A stretch of 64,000 nt of DNA from assembly GCF_009914755.1 (NCBI RefSeq), contig NC_060925.1, one strand, 5' to 3'. Origin of the DNA: the human T2T-CHM13v2.0 reference genome, Homo sapiens. Numbering within the stretch: the stretch's first letter is position 1; the number at the start of each line of letters is the position of its first letter. The notes under the pieces were generated by a model. That model was not told where the DNA came from. It saw nothing but the letters and a program-made list of their open reading frames with translations, and searched no databases. This document shows, in pieces, positions 47,733 to 62,001 of the stretch. Position numbers and translations under genes: made by a program.

Positions 47733-50700
47733 AGGAGGGACCAAGATGACTCAGCAGAAACAGCTCTGGTGTGCAGCCCCCAGCAAGGCCAATGCAGAAG
47801 GTGAGTAATTTCTGCGTTTCCAACAGAGGTACCCAGTTCATCTCACTGGGACTGGCTAGGGAGTGGCTGTGACCCACAGAGAGTGAGCAGAAGCAGGATG
47901 GGACAATGCTTTGCCCGGGTGAGGCATAGACCCAGTTCACCTCCCTCTCTGAGCAGAAGCAGGATGGGACATTACTTTGCCCGGGTGAGGCATAGACCAG
48001 TGCACCTCCCTCTCTGAGCAGAAGCAGGATGGGACATTGCTTTGCCCGGGTGAGGCATAGACCAGTGCACCTCCCTCTCTGAGCAGAAGCAGGATGGGAC
48101 ATTGCTTTGCCCGGGTGAGGCATAGACCAGTGCACCTCCCTCTCTGAGCAGAAGCAGGATGGGACATTGCTTTGCCCGGGTGAGGCATAGACCAGTGCAC
48201 CTCCCTCTCTGAGCGGAAGCAGGATGGGACATTGCTTTGCCCGGGTGAGGCATAGACCAGTGCACCTCCCTCTCTGAGCGGAAGCAGGATGGGACATTGC
48301 TTTGCCCGGGTGAGGCATAGACCCAGTGCACCTCCCTCTCTGAGCGGAAGCAGGATGGGACATTGCTTTGCCCGGGTGAGGCATAGACCAGTGCACCTCC
48401 CTCTCTGAGCAGAAGCAGGATGGGACATTGCTTTGCCCGGGTGAGGCATAGACCAGTGCACCTCCCTCTCTGAGCAGAAGCAGGATGGGACATTGCTTTG
48501 CCCGGGTGAGGCATAGACCAGTGCACCTGCCTCTCTGAGCAGAAGCAGGAGGGGACATTGCTTTGCCCGGGTGAGGCATAGACCAGTGCACCTCCCTCTC
48601 TGAGCAGAAGCAGGATGGGACATTGCTTTGCCCGGGTGAGGCATAGACCAGTGCACCTCCCTCTCTGAGCAGAAGCAGGATGGGACATTGCTTTGCCCGG
48701 GTGAGGCATAGACCAGTGCACCTCCCTCTCTGAGCAGAAGCAGGATGGGACATTGCTTTGCCCGGGTGAGGCATAGACCAGTGCACCTCCCTCTCTGAGC
48801 AGAAGCAGGATGGGACATTGCTTTGCCCGGGTGAGGCATAGACCAGTGCACCTCCCTCTCTGAGCAGAAGCAGGATGGGACATTGCTTTGCCCGGGTGAG
48901 GCATAGACCAGTGCACCTCCCTCTCTGAGCAGAAACAGGATGGGACATTGCTTTGCCCGGGTGAGGCATAGACCAGTGCACCTCCCTCTCTGAGCAGAAG
49001 CAGGATGGGACATTGCTTTGCCCGGGTGAGGCATAGACCCAGTGCACCTCCCTCTCCCAGCCAAGGGAAGCAGTGAGGGACTGTGATACCTGCCCAGGGT
49101 ACTACGCTTTTCCCACGGATTTTTGCAATCCACAGATCAGGATTCTCCCTTGTGAGCTGACAATACCAGCTCCCTGAGTTTTAGGCACAAAACTGGGTGG
49201 CTGTTCGGCTGGCACAGAGCTGCAGTAGTTTTTTTCATGCTCCGGTGGTGCCTGGAACTTCAGTGAGACAGGAGAACTGTCCGCTCCCTGGAAAGGGGGC
49301 TGAAGCCAGGGAGCCAATTGGTCTTGCTCAGCGAATCCTACTCCCACAGAGCCCAGAAAGGTAATAACCACTGGCTTGAAATTCTCACTGCCAGAACCTC
49401 AGTCTGGAGTCTGCGTGTTTGATAGAGTTTGGTGGGGGGAGGGGCGACCGCCACTACTGTGGCTTTAGTAGGAGGTTTTCTCTTGACAGTGCTGAGAAGA
49501 GTGGGAGTTCTGGACTGAACGGAATTCACCGCAGCGCAGCCAAGCGGCTGTGGACAGACTGCCTCTCTAGATTTCTCCTGACCGGGGAGGGCATCTCTGC
49601 AGGAGATCCAGCAGCTCCAGTCAGGGGCTGACAGACAGAACTCTCATCTCCCTGGAACAGAGCACTGGGGGAGAGGGGCGGCTGTGGGTGCAGCTTCAGC
49701 AGACTTAACCTTTCCTGCCTGCGGGCTCTGAACAGAGCAGCTGATCCTGTCAAGGAGGCTTCTCCCAGCGCAGCACACCAGCTCTGCTAAGGGACAGATG
49801 GCCTCCTCAAGCGGGTCCCTGACGCCATGCATCCTGACTGGGAGAGACCTCCCAGGAGGGGTCGAAAGACACCTCATACAAGAGAGCTCTGACTGGCATC
49901 AGGCCGGCACCCCTCTGGGACGAAGCTTCCAGGGGAAGTAGCAGGAAGTAATCTTTGCTGTTCTGCAGCCTCCACTGGTGATACCCAGGTGAACAGGGTC
50001 TGGAGTGAACCCCCAGCAAACTGCAGCAGACCTCCAGAAGAGGGGCCTGACTGTCAGAAGAAAAACTAACAGACAGAAAGCAGCAGCAACAACAACAACA
50101 TCAACAAAAAATACTCCCCCTTCACAAAAACCCCATCCAAATGTCATCAGGTTCAAAGATCAAAGGTGGATAAATCCTCCAAGATGAGGAAAATCCAGCC
50201 CCCAAACACAGAAATTCCAAAAGACAGAATGTCTCTTTTCCTCCAAATGACTGCAACACCTCTCCAGCAAGGGCAAAGAACTGGATGGAGAGTGAGATGG
50301 ATGAATTGACAAAACTAGGCTTCAGAAAGTGGGTAAATAACAAACTGCACTGAGCTAAAGGAGCATGTTCTAACCCAATGCAAAGAAGCTAAGAACTGGA
50401 TAAAAGTTTACAGGAGCTGCTAACTAGAATAACCAGTTTAGAGAGGAACATAAACACCTGACATAGCTTAAAAACATAGCATAACAACTTCATGAAGCAT
50501 ACGCAAGTATCAATAACTAAACTTATCAAGTGAAAAAAAGGATACTAGGGTCTAAAGACCATCTTGCTGAAATAAGGCATGCAGACAAAATTAAAGAAAA
50601 AGAAGAATAAAAAGGAATGAACAAAACCTCTGAGAAATATGGGACTATGTAAAAAGATGGAATCTACAATTGATTGGAGTACCTGAAAGACATAAGGAGA

Positions 50701-53700
50701 ATGGAACCAAGTTGGAAAACACACTTCAGGATATTATCCAGGAGAGCTTCCCCAACCTAGCAAAACAGGCCAACATTCAAATTCAGGAAATACAGAGAAC
50801 ACCAATAAGATACTCCATGAGAAGATCAACCCCAAGACACATAATCATCAGGTTCTCCAAGGTCAAAATGAGGGAAAAAGGGCAGCCAGAGAGAAAGGTC
50901 AGGTCACCTACAAAGGGAGATCCAGCAGACTATTAGCAGATACCTCAGCAGAAACCCTACAAGCCAGAAAAGAGTAAGTTCAACATTCAAGATTCTCAAA
51001 GAAAATCATTTTCAATCCAGAATTTTATATCCAGCCAAATTCAGCTTCATAAGTGAAGGAGAAATGAAATGCTTTCCAGACAAGCAACTGTTAAGGTGAT
51101 TTCATCACCACCAGGCCTGCCTCCCAAGGGGTCCCCAGTGAAGCATTAAATAGAGAAAGAAAAAACGGGTACCAGCCATTGCAAAAACAGACCCAAGTGT
51201 GAAGAACAATGACACTATGAAGAAACTGCATCAACTAATGTGCAATATAACCAGCTAGCATCATGATGAGAGGATCAAATTCACACATAACAATATTAAC
51301 CTGAAATGGAAATGGGCTAGATGCTCCTATTAAAAGACACAGACTGGCAAATTGGATAAAGAATCAAGACCCATTGGTGTGCTGTATTCAGGAGATCCAT
51401 CTCACGTGCAAAGACACACATAGGCTCAAAATAAAGGGGTGGAGGAAAATTTACCAAGCAAATGGAAAGCAACAACAACAACAAAAAAAAGCAAGGGTTG
51501 TACTCTGAGTCTCTGATAAAACAGACTTTAAACCAACAAAGATCAAAAAAGACAAACAAGGGCATTATATAATGGTAAAGGGATCAATGCAACAAGAAGA
51601 GCTAACTATCTTAAATATAGATGCAACCAATACAGGAGCACCCAGACTCATGAAATGAGTTCTTAAGAGACCTGCAGAGTGACTTAGACTCCCATACAAT
51701 AACAGTGGGAGACTTTAACAACCAACTGTCAATATTAGACAGATCAACGAGACAGAAAATTAACAAGGATATCTAGGACTTGAACGTTGCTCTGGATCAA
51801 GTGGACCTAATAGACATCTACAGAACTTTCCACCCCAAATCAACAGAATATACATTCTTCTCAGCACCACGTAGCACTTATCCTACAATTGACCACATAA
51901 TTGGAAATAAAACACTCCTCAGCAAATGCAAAAGAACTGAAATTATAACAGTCTCTCAGACCACAATGCAATCAAATTGGTACTTAAGATAAAGAAACTC
52001 ACTCAAAACCACACAACTATATAGAAATTGAGCAGCCTGCTTGTCAATGACTCTTGGGTAAATAACAAAATTAAGGCAGAAATCAAGACGTTCTTTGAAT
52101 CTAATGAGAAGTAAGAGACAACTTACCAGAATCTCTGGGACACAACAAAGCAGTGGTAGGAGGGAAATTTATAGCACTAAATGCCCACAACAAAAAGCTG
52201 GAAATATCTCAAATCGGCAACCAGACGTCACAATTAAAAGAACTAGAGAAGCAAGAGCAAACAAATCCAAAAGTTAGCAGAAGACAAAAAATCACTAAGA
52301 TCAGAGCAGAACTGAAGAAAATAGAGTCACAAAAAACTCTTCAAAAAATCAATGAATTCAGGAGCTAACTTTTGGAAAAAAATTAACAAAATAGATAGAC
52401 CACAGGCTAGACTAATAAACAATAAGGAATCAAATACACACAATAAAAAATGATAAAGGGGATGTCACCAATGGCCCCACAGAAATACAAACTACCGTCA
52501 GAGAATACTATAAAAACCTCTATGCAAATAAACTGGAAAATCTAGAAAAAATGGATAAATTCCTGGACACATACATTCTCCCAGGACTAAACCAGGAAGA
52601 AATGAAATCCCTGAATAGACCAATAACAATTCTGAAATTGAGGTAGTAATTAATAGCCTACCATCCAAAAAAAAGTCCATGGTCAGATGGATTCACAGCC
52701 AAATTCTACCAGAGGTACAAAGAAGAGCTGGTACCCTAGCTTCTGAAACTATTGCAAAGAATTGAAAAGGAGCGACTTCTCTCTAACTCATTTTATGAGA
52801 TCAGCATCATCCTGATACCAAAACCTGTCAAGGACACAACAACAACAAAAAAAGAAAACATCAGGCCAATATCTCTGATGAACATTGATGTGAATGAAAA
52901 TCCTCAATAAAATACCAGCAAACAAAATCCAATAGCACATCAAATGCCTCTACAGCCCAATCAAGTCTGCTTCATCCCTGAGATGCAAGACTGGTTCAAC
53001 ATATGCAAACCAGTAAAAGTAATCCATCACAGAAGCAGAACCAAAGGAAAAAAAAGTTATTTCTCAACAGATGCAGAAAAGGCCTTCGAGAAACTTCAAC
53101 ATCCCTTTCATGTTAAAAACTCTCAATAAACTAGGTGTTGATGAAACATATCTCAAAATAATAAAAGCTACTTATGACAAACCCATAGTCAATATGATAC
53201 TGAATGGGCAAAAGCTGAAAGCATTCCCTTTGAAAACCAGCACAAGACAAGGATGTCCTCTCTCACCACTCCTATTCAGTATAGTATTGGAAGTCCTGGC
53301 CACAGCAATCAGGCAAGAAAAAAAAAAAGCGTATTTAAACAGGAAGAGAGAAAGTCAAATTGTTTCAGTTTGTGGATGATATGATTCTATATTTAGAAAA
53401 CCCCATCATCTCAGGTCCAAAACTCCCTAAGCTGATAAGCAACTTGAGCAAAGTCCCAGGATACAAAATAAATGTCCGAAAATCACAAGCATTCCTATAC
53501 ACTAACAATAGAGGCAATTCATGAATTAACTCTCATTCACAATGACTACACAGATAATAAAGTACCTAGGCATACAGCTAACAAGGGATGTAAAGGACCT
53601 CTTCAAGGATAACTACAAATCACTCCTCAAGGAAATAGGAGAGGACACAAACAAATGGAAAAACATTTCATCCTTGTGGATAGGAAGAATCTATATCATA

Positions 53701-54624
53701 AAAATGGCCATATCGAGCAAAGAAATTTATAGATTCAATGCTAATCCCATCAAACTACCATTGACATTCTTCACAGAATTAGAAAAAAACTTCTTTTAAT
53801 TTCATATGGAACCAAAAAAGAGCCTGTATAGTCAAGACAATCTTAAGCAAGAAGAACAAAGCTGGAGGCATCATGCTACCTGACTTCAAACAATATTGCA
53901 AGGCTACCGTAACCAAAACAGCATGGTAGTGGTGCCAAAACAGATATATAGACCAATGGAACAGAACAGTGGCCTCAGAAATAGCACCACACATCTACAA
54001 CCATCTAATCTTTGACAAACCTGACAAAAAAAGCAATGGGGAAATTATTCCCTTTTTAATAAATGGTGCTGGGAGAGCTGGCTAGCCATAAGCAGAAAAC
54101 AGAAACTAGACCCCTTCCTTACACCTTATATAAAAATTAACTCAAGATGGATTAAAGACTTAAATGTAAAACTCAAAACCATGAAAACCCTGGAAAAAAA
54201 CCTAGGCAATACCATTCAGGACATAGGTATAGGCAAAGACTTCATGACAAAAAACACCAAGAGCAATTGCAGCAAAAGCCAAAATTGACAAATGAGATCT
54301 AATTAAACTGAAGTGCTTCTGCACAGCAAAAGAAACTAACATCAGAGTGAACAGGCAACCTATGGAATGGGAACAAATTTTCACAATCTATCCATCTGAC
54401 AAAGGTCTAACATCCAGAATCTACAAGGAACATAACCAAATTTACAAGAAAAAAACAACCTCATCAAAAAATGGGAGAAGTGTATGAACAGACACTTCTC
54501 AAAAAAAGACATTTATGCATCCAACTAACATATGAAAAAAAAGCTCATCATCACTTATCATTAGAGAAATCCAAATCAAAACCACAATGAGATACCATCC
54601 AACTCCAGTCAGAATGGCCATTAT
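47733..54624 (+). mobile_element. LINE-1 (L1PA7/L1PA8-like) with 5'UTR, 3'-truncated within ORF2
   Basis: Starts GGAGGGACCAAGATGAC, followed by ORF1/ORF2 remnants. Stops at AGAATGGCCATTAT with no 3'UTR or poly(A). Subfamily approximate. Confidence 0.85.
47885..49056 (+). repeat. 65-bp VNTR, ~18 near-identical copies, inside an L1 5'UTR
   Basis: Unit GAGCAGAAGCAGGATGGGACATTGCTTTGCCCGGGTGAGGCATAGACCAGTGCACCTCCCTCTCT, starting at 47951, 48016, 48081 and onward. Confidence 0.97.
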
Positions 54625-54628
54625 ACTT

Positions 54629-55685
54629 TCTGCAGAAGTAGCTGGGAATGGAGCTGTCCCCCTCCAGTCTCCTCTCCCCTCACCACGGAGCAAATTCTTT
54701 GCAGCATAAGAGAATAAACGCATGCGGAAGAGAAGGCGTTTCAGAAAATAGTTTCCAACCGACAGATCCACTTCGTACTTCCGATGCACGGTCACGTGCA
54801 TTTCTCCTCAAAGGACTTCATCTATAACATCCTCACCATTAAATAAAGACAGGCCTTGTCTACTCTAGGGCAGGGTGAGTAGGTCTGTGAACGTTTTCTG
54901 AAAGAATGTGATGAGAAAATTCGAGAAGAGCATGAAGAAATCAAACACAAAACTGGCAGAACAGGATGATGCATTTGTGAAGTTCACGCTTGGTGAAATA
55001 ATGTGACACTCTGGCGCTGGCTCTTACGTTTCATGACTCACACATTCTGCATTTGCCGCTGCCTTATTCCTGCTGACTTATTGCAAAGGGTCCCAATTTT
55101 GACCTGATACAATGCCGGTATCCCTCGGTAAATACAGGTTTTTGCAAGCTTTTGACAATGGCAACCACTCTTACACCCTAGCAACTGGTTTTGGACATTT
55201 CCCCGATTTCAGCACCACTTAATGTGGACCTTTGCTACCTATATTAATACAGTTTTGGCTCCTTATTTTAACATGTTTGAAAAGGATTAAAGGGGGTATT
55301 CTAAAACATGTTTAGAACATATTTCGCTGGTTGCTTAAATAAAACTAGAATGACAATGCAGAGGACATTAGTGAGATTTTAATTGTGTACTACAACCAGG
55401 ACATAACCAGTAATAACTGATTGAGAAAGTAATCCCAGGACAATCTGAAGCAAATAGCCACAGCACTTCTTGAGAAATAGTGAAGGAGGAAGCCATTCTG
55501 TATTCCAGGACTTCTTGGGCATTCAGAATAGGCTTATGGTTTTTTAAGAGTTTTATTTATTTTACCAGTCTTTCAAACAAATGTTTATTGCTGCACTTTT
55601 GTCCCAGTACATCATTGTTTTACCTCTTTCGAAGTACTGGAATTTAGCTGGAAGGATGAAACATTTACTTCTAAAATAAAGAAAG
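54629..55685 (+). pseudogene. AKIRIN2 processed pseudogene copy 2, 5'-truncated
   Basis: Colinear with 25792-26729 plus 32800-32910. Ends YVS-TGA at 55036, then 3'UTR and A-rich tail. Confidence 0.88.
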
Positions 55686-55824
55686 GAGAGTATTTAACCA
55701 AAAATGTAGGCTTCTGTTATCTCTAGAGGCAAATAATAAATAACATACATTCAGGTTATGTGCGCACAGACATCTATTAATCTGTAATATTTTATTTATT
55801 ATTTTGTTTTATTTTTATATGGTA

Positions 55825-56266
<442 letters not shown>

Positions 56267-57194
56267 TAAAAACAGGATATCATTCAATACAATTCAGTGA
56301 ACATTTATTGAAGAAAGCATTGGTAAAAGAAATACAATGGGATTTTGCTAATGTGCTGAATACACCTACCAAAACCTCAAACAAACACTATATGTCATGG
56401 TGAACTATATCGCTAAAGGCTCAGGTACTCAAGAATATTGTTCTTCAACATTTTAAATATATATATTTTAATCAAATGATGCAAGGAAAATAGATAAAAT
56501 TGGAAAGACATATAAAGTTGTTTCATCCATTGTATGTAATATTTTTCTCTTCACTAAGGAATACAAAAAAATTACCATTCTTGGATTCAAGGTCTATAAG
56601 CAACAATTAACAGATTTCTATATATTAACAAAAACAAATAGAAGATGTAATAGAAACAATAATCCATACACTAGAGCAACGAAATATAAAATACCTATAA
56701 ACATTTCAATTTTATAATGACTTTGACAGAAAATATATACAGGCGTTTTAAGGGATAGAAAACATATTAAAGAACATACAGATAGAATTAGAATTATGTA
56801 GGGAACTTTAAGATGTTAAAAATGCCAATTCTACCCAAACATATCTTGCTTTGATGATGGAGCAGAAGGAAGAGTGAAGAGAAACCATGGAAGAGGAATG
56901 ATATTAGCCTGGAACGCCCTGACTGCCATTCTCTAGCTCTGAGACGTCAATTTACTTCTGCCCTCAGTTTCACATGTAAAACATATGACAATATAATTAA
57001 ATATATTATATAATAATATATACATGTGTCTAATAGGGGTATCTGGCATACACAATGGTTGTAAGTATTATGTTAATTTACAAACCTTTTTTTTTAAACA
57101 TAGTGCCAGTTACACAGAAAGCACTTAGTGTGTTTCACCTCATCATGTGAGAGAGAGGGGGAAGTTTCAGAAAGTTCACCCTAATCTACAAGGA

Positions 57195-57325
57195 AGGAGG
57201 CGTAATTATCTTTGTAGTATTTTCAAGAAAAGGAAGCTAATTCGGCTTCATGTCCTAGGAGAGGAGATAGAAGGAAATACAAACTTTTAAAATTAAAGAC
57301 AAGGGAATGGATTCCCCAAGGGCTG
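57195..57325 (+). promoter_or_regulatory. Candidate OR promoter with homeodomain and O/E-like sites (paralogues at 34740-34895 and 1-22)
   Basis: TAATTA/CTAATT motifs and ATTCCCCAAGGG (imperfect EBF/Olf-1 site) just upstream of the candidate exon. Confidence 0.35.
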
Positions 57326-57456
57326 AAAATTTAAGTTTTTGTCTTTTCATTTATTTTTCAATAACCATAAAGATTCCAACTGTACGTTAGGTGCTTTTTT
57401 TTCTTATTATGGAAACATAAAACCTGTAAGATATTTATATATTTTTGCCTTTCCAG

Positions 57457-57506
57457 GAAACCACAATCTCACTGAAAATATACACTATTCAGGTAAGTAC
57501 TAAGAG
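57457..57506 (+). other. Candidate 50-nt 5' non-coding exon of OR2M3 (alternative donor after 57492)
   Basis: Acceptor TTTTTGCCTTTCCAG; donors CAG|GTAAGT (57493) and GAG|GTAAGT (57507). Confidence 0.55.
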
Positions 57507-57888
57507 GTAAGTTAACCAAGCACAAGCATGACTTTGTATAAGCTAGTACTGAAATTTCTGCTGAACATGGTGATGATTGATCTCATTTCTTAAGTCATTT
57601 TTTGTGCTAAGAATTTTATAAACATTATTCTATTTTATCTGTACAATATTACTTTGAGAAATGTGGTACAGCCTGAGGCAGAAGGAGTGGTTACTTGCTC
57701 CAGCTTATCAGTGTGAAAGATTGGATAAAATCCATTACTTTTGTTTTTCCATGTCCTGGTATTCCAGATTTGAAAAAGAAATTGACAGTGAATAGATGTC
57801 AGAGGAGAAGAGTAGCAGATAAGAACCATAAACAATGATTTGAAAATTTTGGCCACGTTCTCTTTTCTTTTAATAATTTTAGCTCATG

Positions 57889-58216
57889 CAGGATGAGAAT
57901 TCCTAAACCAAAATCTAATACCCAAAGCACTCCAAAATCAGAACCTTTTCAGTGCTGACATGAGATGGTGACACTTTTGCTTCCTGATGGTTCACAAACT
58001 TTCTCCCATACACAAAATTGTTTTAAAATACTGCATAAAATTACCTTCAGGCTATTTGTATAAGGTATACATAGAACATAAATTTTTTCTTTACACTTGG
58101 TTCTATTCCAAAAAAATCTCATTATTAGCTATGCAGATATTCCAAAGTGTGAAAAAAAATCTGAAATCTGCAACACGTCTGGTCCCAAGCATTTTGGATA
58201 AGGAATCCTCAACCCG
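57889..58216. mobile_element. MER46C-like, paralogous copy
   Basis: Colinear with 583-922. Confidence 0.75.
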
Positions 58217-58861
58217 TATTAATGAATGCTTTACATTTGTCATGTATTCTTTTAAGACGTTTACACCTATTTTTAAAATATTTTATTAAACTTCAGAGTA
58301 TAAAATGTTTATTTACAAAAATATGTTAGATATACATTTTGTAAAATGCTTTAAAATATTACCAGTGCCTTTGAAAAACAGTTTAATTCTCTCTGATTAT
58401 ATAACTTTTCAGGCCCATTTTGTAGGTAGTCATTATTCCAGTATTGCTGTGCTTCATAAGTGATTTTTAGATGTGTGTTTAAATTACTCATAATAGGATT
58501 CATGAGGGCATTCCTTGTGATCTACTTTGTTCATTCAACATTCTATTTGTGAGACTCATCAATGCTACTTCTTGTAGTTATGCTTATAAATTCCATCGTT
58601 AGTGCACATGCAGGTTGCATTTTTATATTACATATAAAGTTGCTATGCTCATTTTTGCTAATATGAGAGATTTGTTGTTTTGTGTTGTTTCCTGATCATT
58701 CCTATTACAAAAGGGTAAAGTCAGTTTAGCAACCTCAGTGGATTACACAGTGGATTACACATGCTGTCTGATACATAATGCTTTACAACTTTTTTGATCA
58801 AATTCTGGCCACTCAGTGTCTCTTTTCCATCATCTCCCTCAGTGACTTCTCAATTTCTCAA

Positions 58862-59223
58862 CAAGATTTTCATGGTTTCTGTGTTACTATTGCTCTGGCA
58901 GGTGTACAGTATCACAGTGTCATGAAATCTCATCATGATTTTCATAATTTCTGTGTTGGCATTGCTCAGGCATGTGCACAGTATCACAGTGTCATGAAAT
59001 ATGACCATGAATTTCATAACTTCTGTGTTACTATTGCTCTGGGCCTGTGCACAGTACCACAGTGTCACGAAATCTGATGATGATTTTCATGGTTTCTATG
59101 TTACTATTGCCCTGGGTATGTGCAAATGTCACAGTGTCATGAAATATGACCATGATTTTCATGACTTCTGTGTTACTATTGCTCTGGGCCTGGGCACAGT
59201 ACCACAGTGTGATGAAATCTGAT
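58862..59223 (+). repeat. 72-bp minisatellite, 5 copies (2 copies at 1587-1730, 1 copy at 36434-36505)
   Basis: Unit starts at 58862, 58934, 59006, 59079 and 59151. Confidence 0.9.
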
Positions 59224-61628
59224 GAGTCGTCTTCCTGATGTGATAAGATTCATACATAAAAATAATTTTTAATATTAAATATATGCACCATCTTTTTACA
59301 AAACAATGAAGTTTATTACAAAAGAAACATAGTAGATTAGATGAAATAAATAAAAATGGAAGCACAATATTACAATTAAGAAAAAAATACTTGGCAGGCA
59401 ATGTCTAATCCAGAGTTCAAAATGTTGTACCTCATTATGTGAATACTTTTGATATGCCAGTGGGTATCCTGAAAAAAATAAAATAAACAAGATGTCATAA
59501 TTTCAGATCCTTTCTGAAAAAGCTGCCTTTTTTATTCCTCTTAATACAGTGCTGCAACTCAAAATATTCTGGTTTTTTTTGACAGTGAATAGTCCTGAGT
59601 AACTTGGAGTTGCAAAAAATATTTCGCCACAGGTCCATTTTTATAAGACTACATACAAATACCTCTTTGAATCCCAATTTTATCTTTACTGCATTTTCAG
59701 ATTGTTTATATCCTGGATAACTTACAATGACTTTCAGAGTTGGATCTCATATTCCTAGTGCCTAAATTAAGCACAATCTGTCATATGTGTCTTACTAACT
59801 TAGAAGAAATATTTAATTTCCTCATGAGTAACACATTAGTTCTTTTTATAGAATTTTATTGAATAAATATTCACATGGATCTTAATACTAAAGGTACAGG
59901 GCAATGTAATAGTCAATATTTTCAATTTTGTGACTTCTAAATTTTTATAAATTTATGATATACCTTGCCATATTCTCCGTGACAGGGCAAACTCAATGAA
60001 GACAATTTTAGCACATGGATATGAAGGAGGTGAAAAATACAACACAAATAATAGTGCATTTATATAAGTTCAGCCTAAACTAATGTAACTGAGAAAATTC
60101 AGAGGGATATGTAGATTTACACTTGTTATTCAATTTTGTTTTAATGCTTCATGATTCAGTGGAGTTTAAAACATATGTGGTGGAAATGGATAAATGATGG
60201 AGTAGAATTATTTAACATTTTATGTCAATTTGGTGACTGGGAAGGAATGATTCTCAAATGTAAAGAACACTTTGCCAACTTAAAAAGAAGCATAGGAACA
60301 AGCTAACTTAACAAGACAGCTTCCTTCTTGGAGTAATATTGCAGACCTACTTAAAGAAAAATTATGGTGGAACTTTGAGGTAATATAGTTTTGTTTGCAT
60401 AAATTAGTGTATTACAACAGTTGACAACTTCAAGGTAACTGGGAAGGCTATGGTATGATGGTCAGAATAGGTGGTTCCATAAAGTAAGTTGAGACGAGTT
60501 ATTTTCTTAAGATGAATTAAGCTCATAGGCACTGAAAATTATTGAGGCAATACAAAGTCTTTCCCCCTGATTGACTTTAAAAGCCTACCTCCTCTTGAAG
60601 ACAACACAAGGGAACCCTGTGGTAGGAAACCCCCAACACTGAAGATCCCAGAGATGCCCATTTCTCATTCTCAAGACATTGACTGGACCTAGATCTGAGC
60701 TACCAATAATCAGCTTTATCCAACTTCTTGGTAACCATTTGTTTTAACACCAGAAAGGGAGGAGGTTGAGGCCTGTTTCTCTCTTTATACTGATTGACAA
60801 AAATGATTTGTTTTTCTTTTAGAGATTGCTATCCTATCTCATGAGTGTCACTTAAGGAGATTCCTTCTGCATCTTCCCAGCCCTTAAGAGGCATTTCTTA
60901 GTATTCCCAGGTCAAAGTTGTCCTTGGGTTAAAATTTAACATTACTTTTGAGTATTTTTTTCTTACACACAATATTATTCAAAATTTATATAAATAAATA
61001 AAAGTCAAAAAGATATACTTTACTATCTCCCTATTTAAAAAGTTTTATCTCAACTCATGAGGCCAAATTCCAGATTCCGTCTCCTCTGTAGATTTCTTCC
61101 AACTCCCTTGCTCTTCCTAGATTATTCAGCTTTCATTGTTGTTGTTGTTTTCAGTCTCTTCATAAAAATGTGACGCATGAATAAATGAGAAAATGTACAT
61201 TTCTGTCTAATAAGTCTACTCACCAGGCTTCTTTTTCTGTTTAGAACATAATTTTTTACTGCCTGGGATAATCTCCCTTCACATATTGGCTTTGCTCATA
61301 CATTTATAATTATCTCATACAATAAAATCTAAATGCCACAACATACGAGAAACATAATTCTAAATTTTAAAACCCTGTGTTTTCTCAAAATCTTATACAC
61401 ATTTCTATTTTTTTCTGTGTATGTTCTATTTATGCATTTCAGTTTGTGGAATTCCTATTTGGATAACCCTTTCCTGTGATCTGGTCTCTTTCTCACTTCC
61501 TCAGTGTCTTTGCCAAATGCCATTATAAGTGTGAGGTTTCCCTTGACTACTCTATTCAAAGTTGAACATACTCATGCAATTCTAACGCCCTTCTTTAACT
61601 AAGTTTTCTCCAAAGCATTTATCCTCTT

Positions 61629-62001
61629 TTTTTATTATTTTTATTATTATTATACTTTAAGTTTTAGGGTACATGTGCACAATGTGCAGGTTAGTTACAT
61701 ATGTATACATGTGCCATGCTGGTGTGCTGCACCCATTAACTCGTCATTTAACATTAGGTATATCTCCTAATACTATCCCTCCCCCCTCCCCCAACCCCAC
61801 AACAGTCCCCAGAGTGTGATATTCCCCTTCCTGTGTCCATGTGCTCTCATTATTCAATTCCCATCTATGAGTGAGAACATGCGGTGTTTGGTTTTTTGTC
61901 CTTGCGATAGTTTACTGAGAATGATGATTTCCAATTTCATCCATGTCCCTATAAAGGACATGAACTCATCATTTTTTATGGCTGCATAGAATGATGAGGC
62001 T
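61629..62001 (-). mobile_element. 5'-truncated L1PA3-like insertion upstream of the OR2M3 CDS
   Basis: TSD GCATTTATCCTCTT at 61615-61628 and 62002-62015. Empty sites in the paralogues (~4065, ~38912). Confidence 0.9.

Noticed and set aside
47885-49056. CRISPR-like regular array
   Set aside because: Head-to-tail units with no unique spacers, no cas genes, and a eukaryotic context.
47704-49133. Cys-rich minus-strand ORFs of 447, 398 and 314 aa
   Set aside because: Translations of the 65-bp VNTR in an L1 5'UTR, open in all three frames.
54603-54670. CTCCAGTC (VNTR core) near the L1/AKIRIN2 junction
   Set aside because: An 8-mer that is not at the breakpoint and is largely L1 consensus; probably chance.
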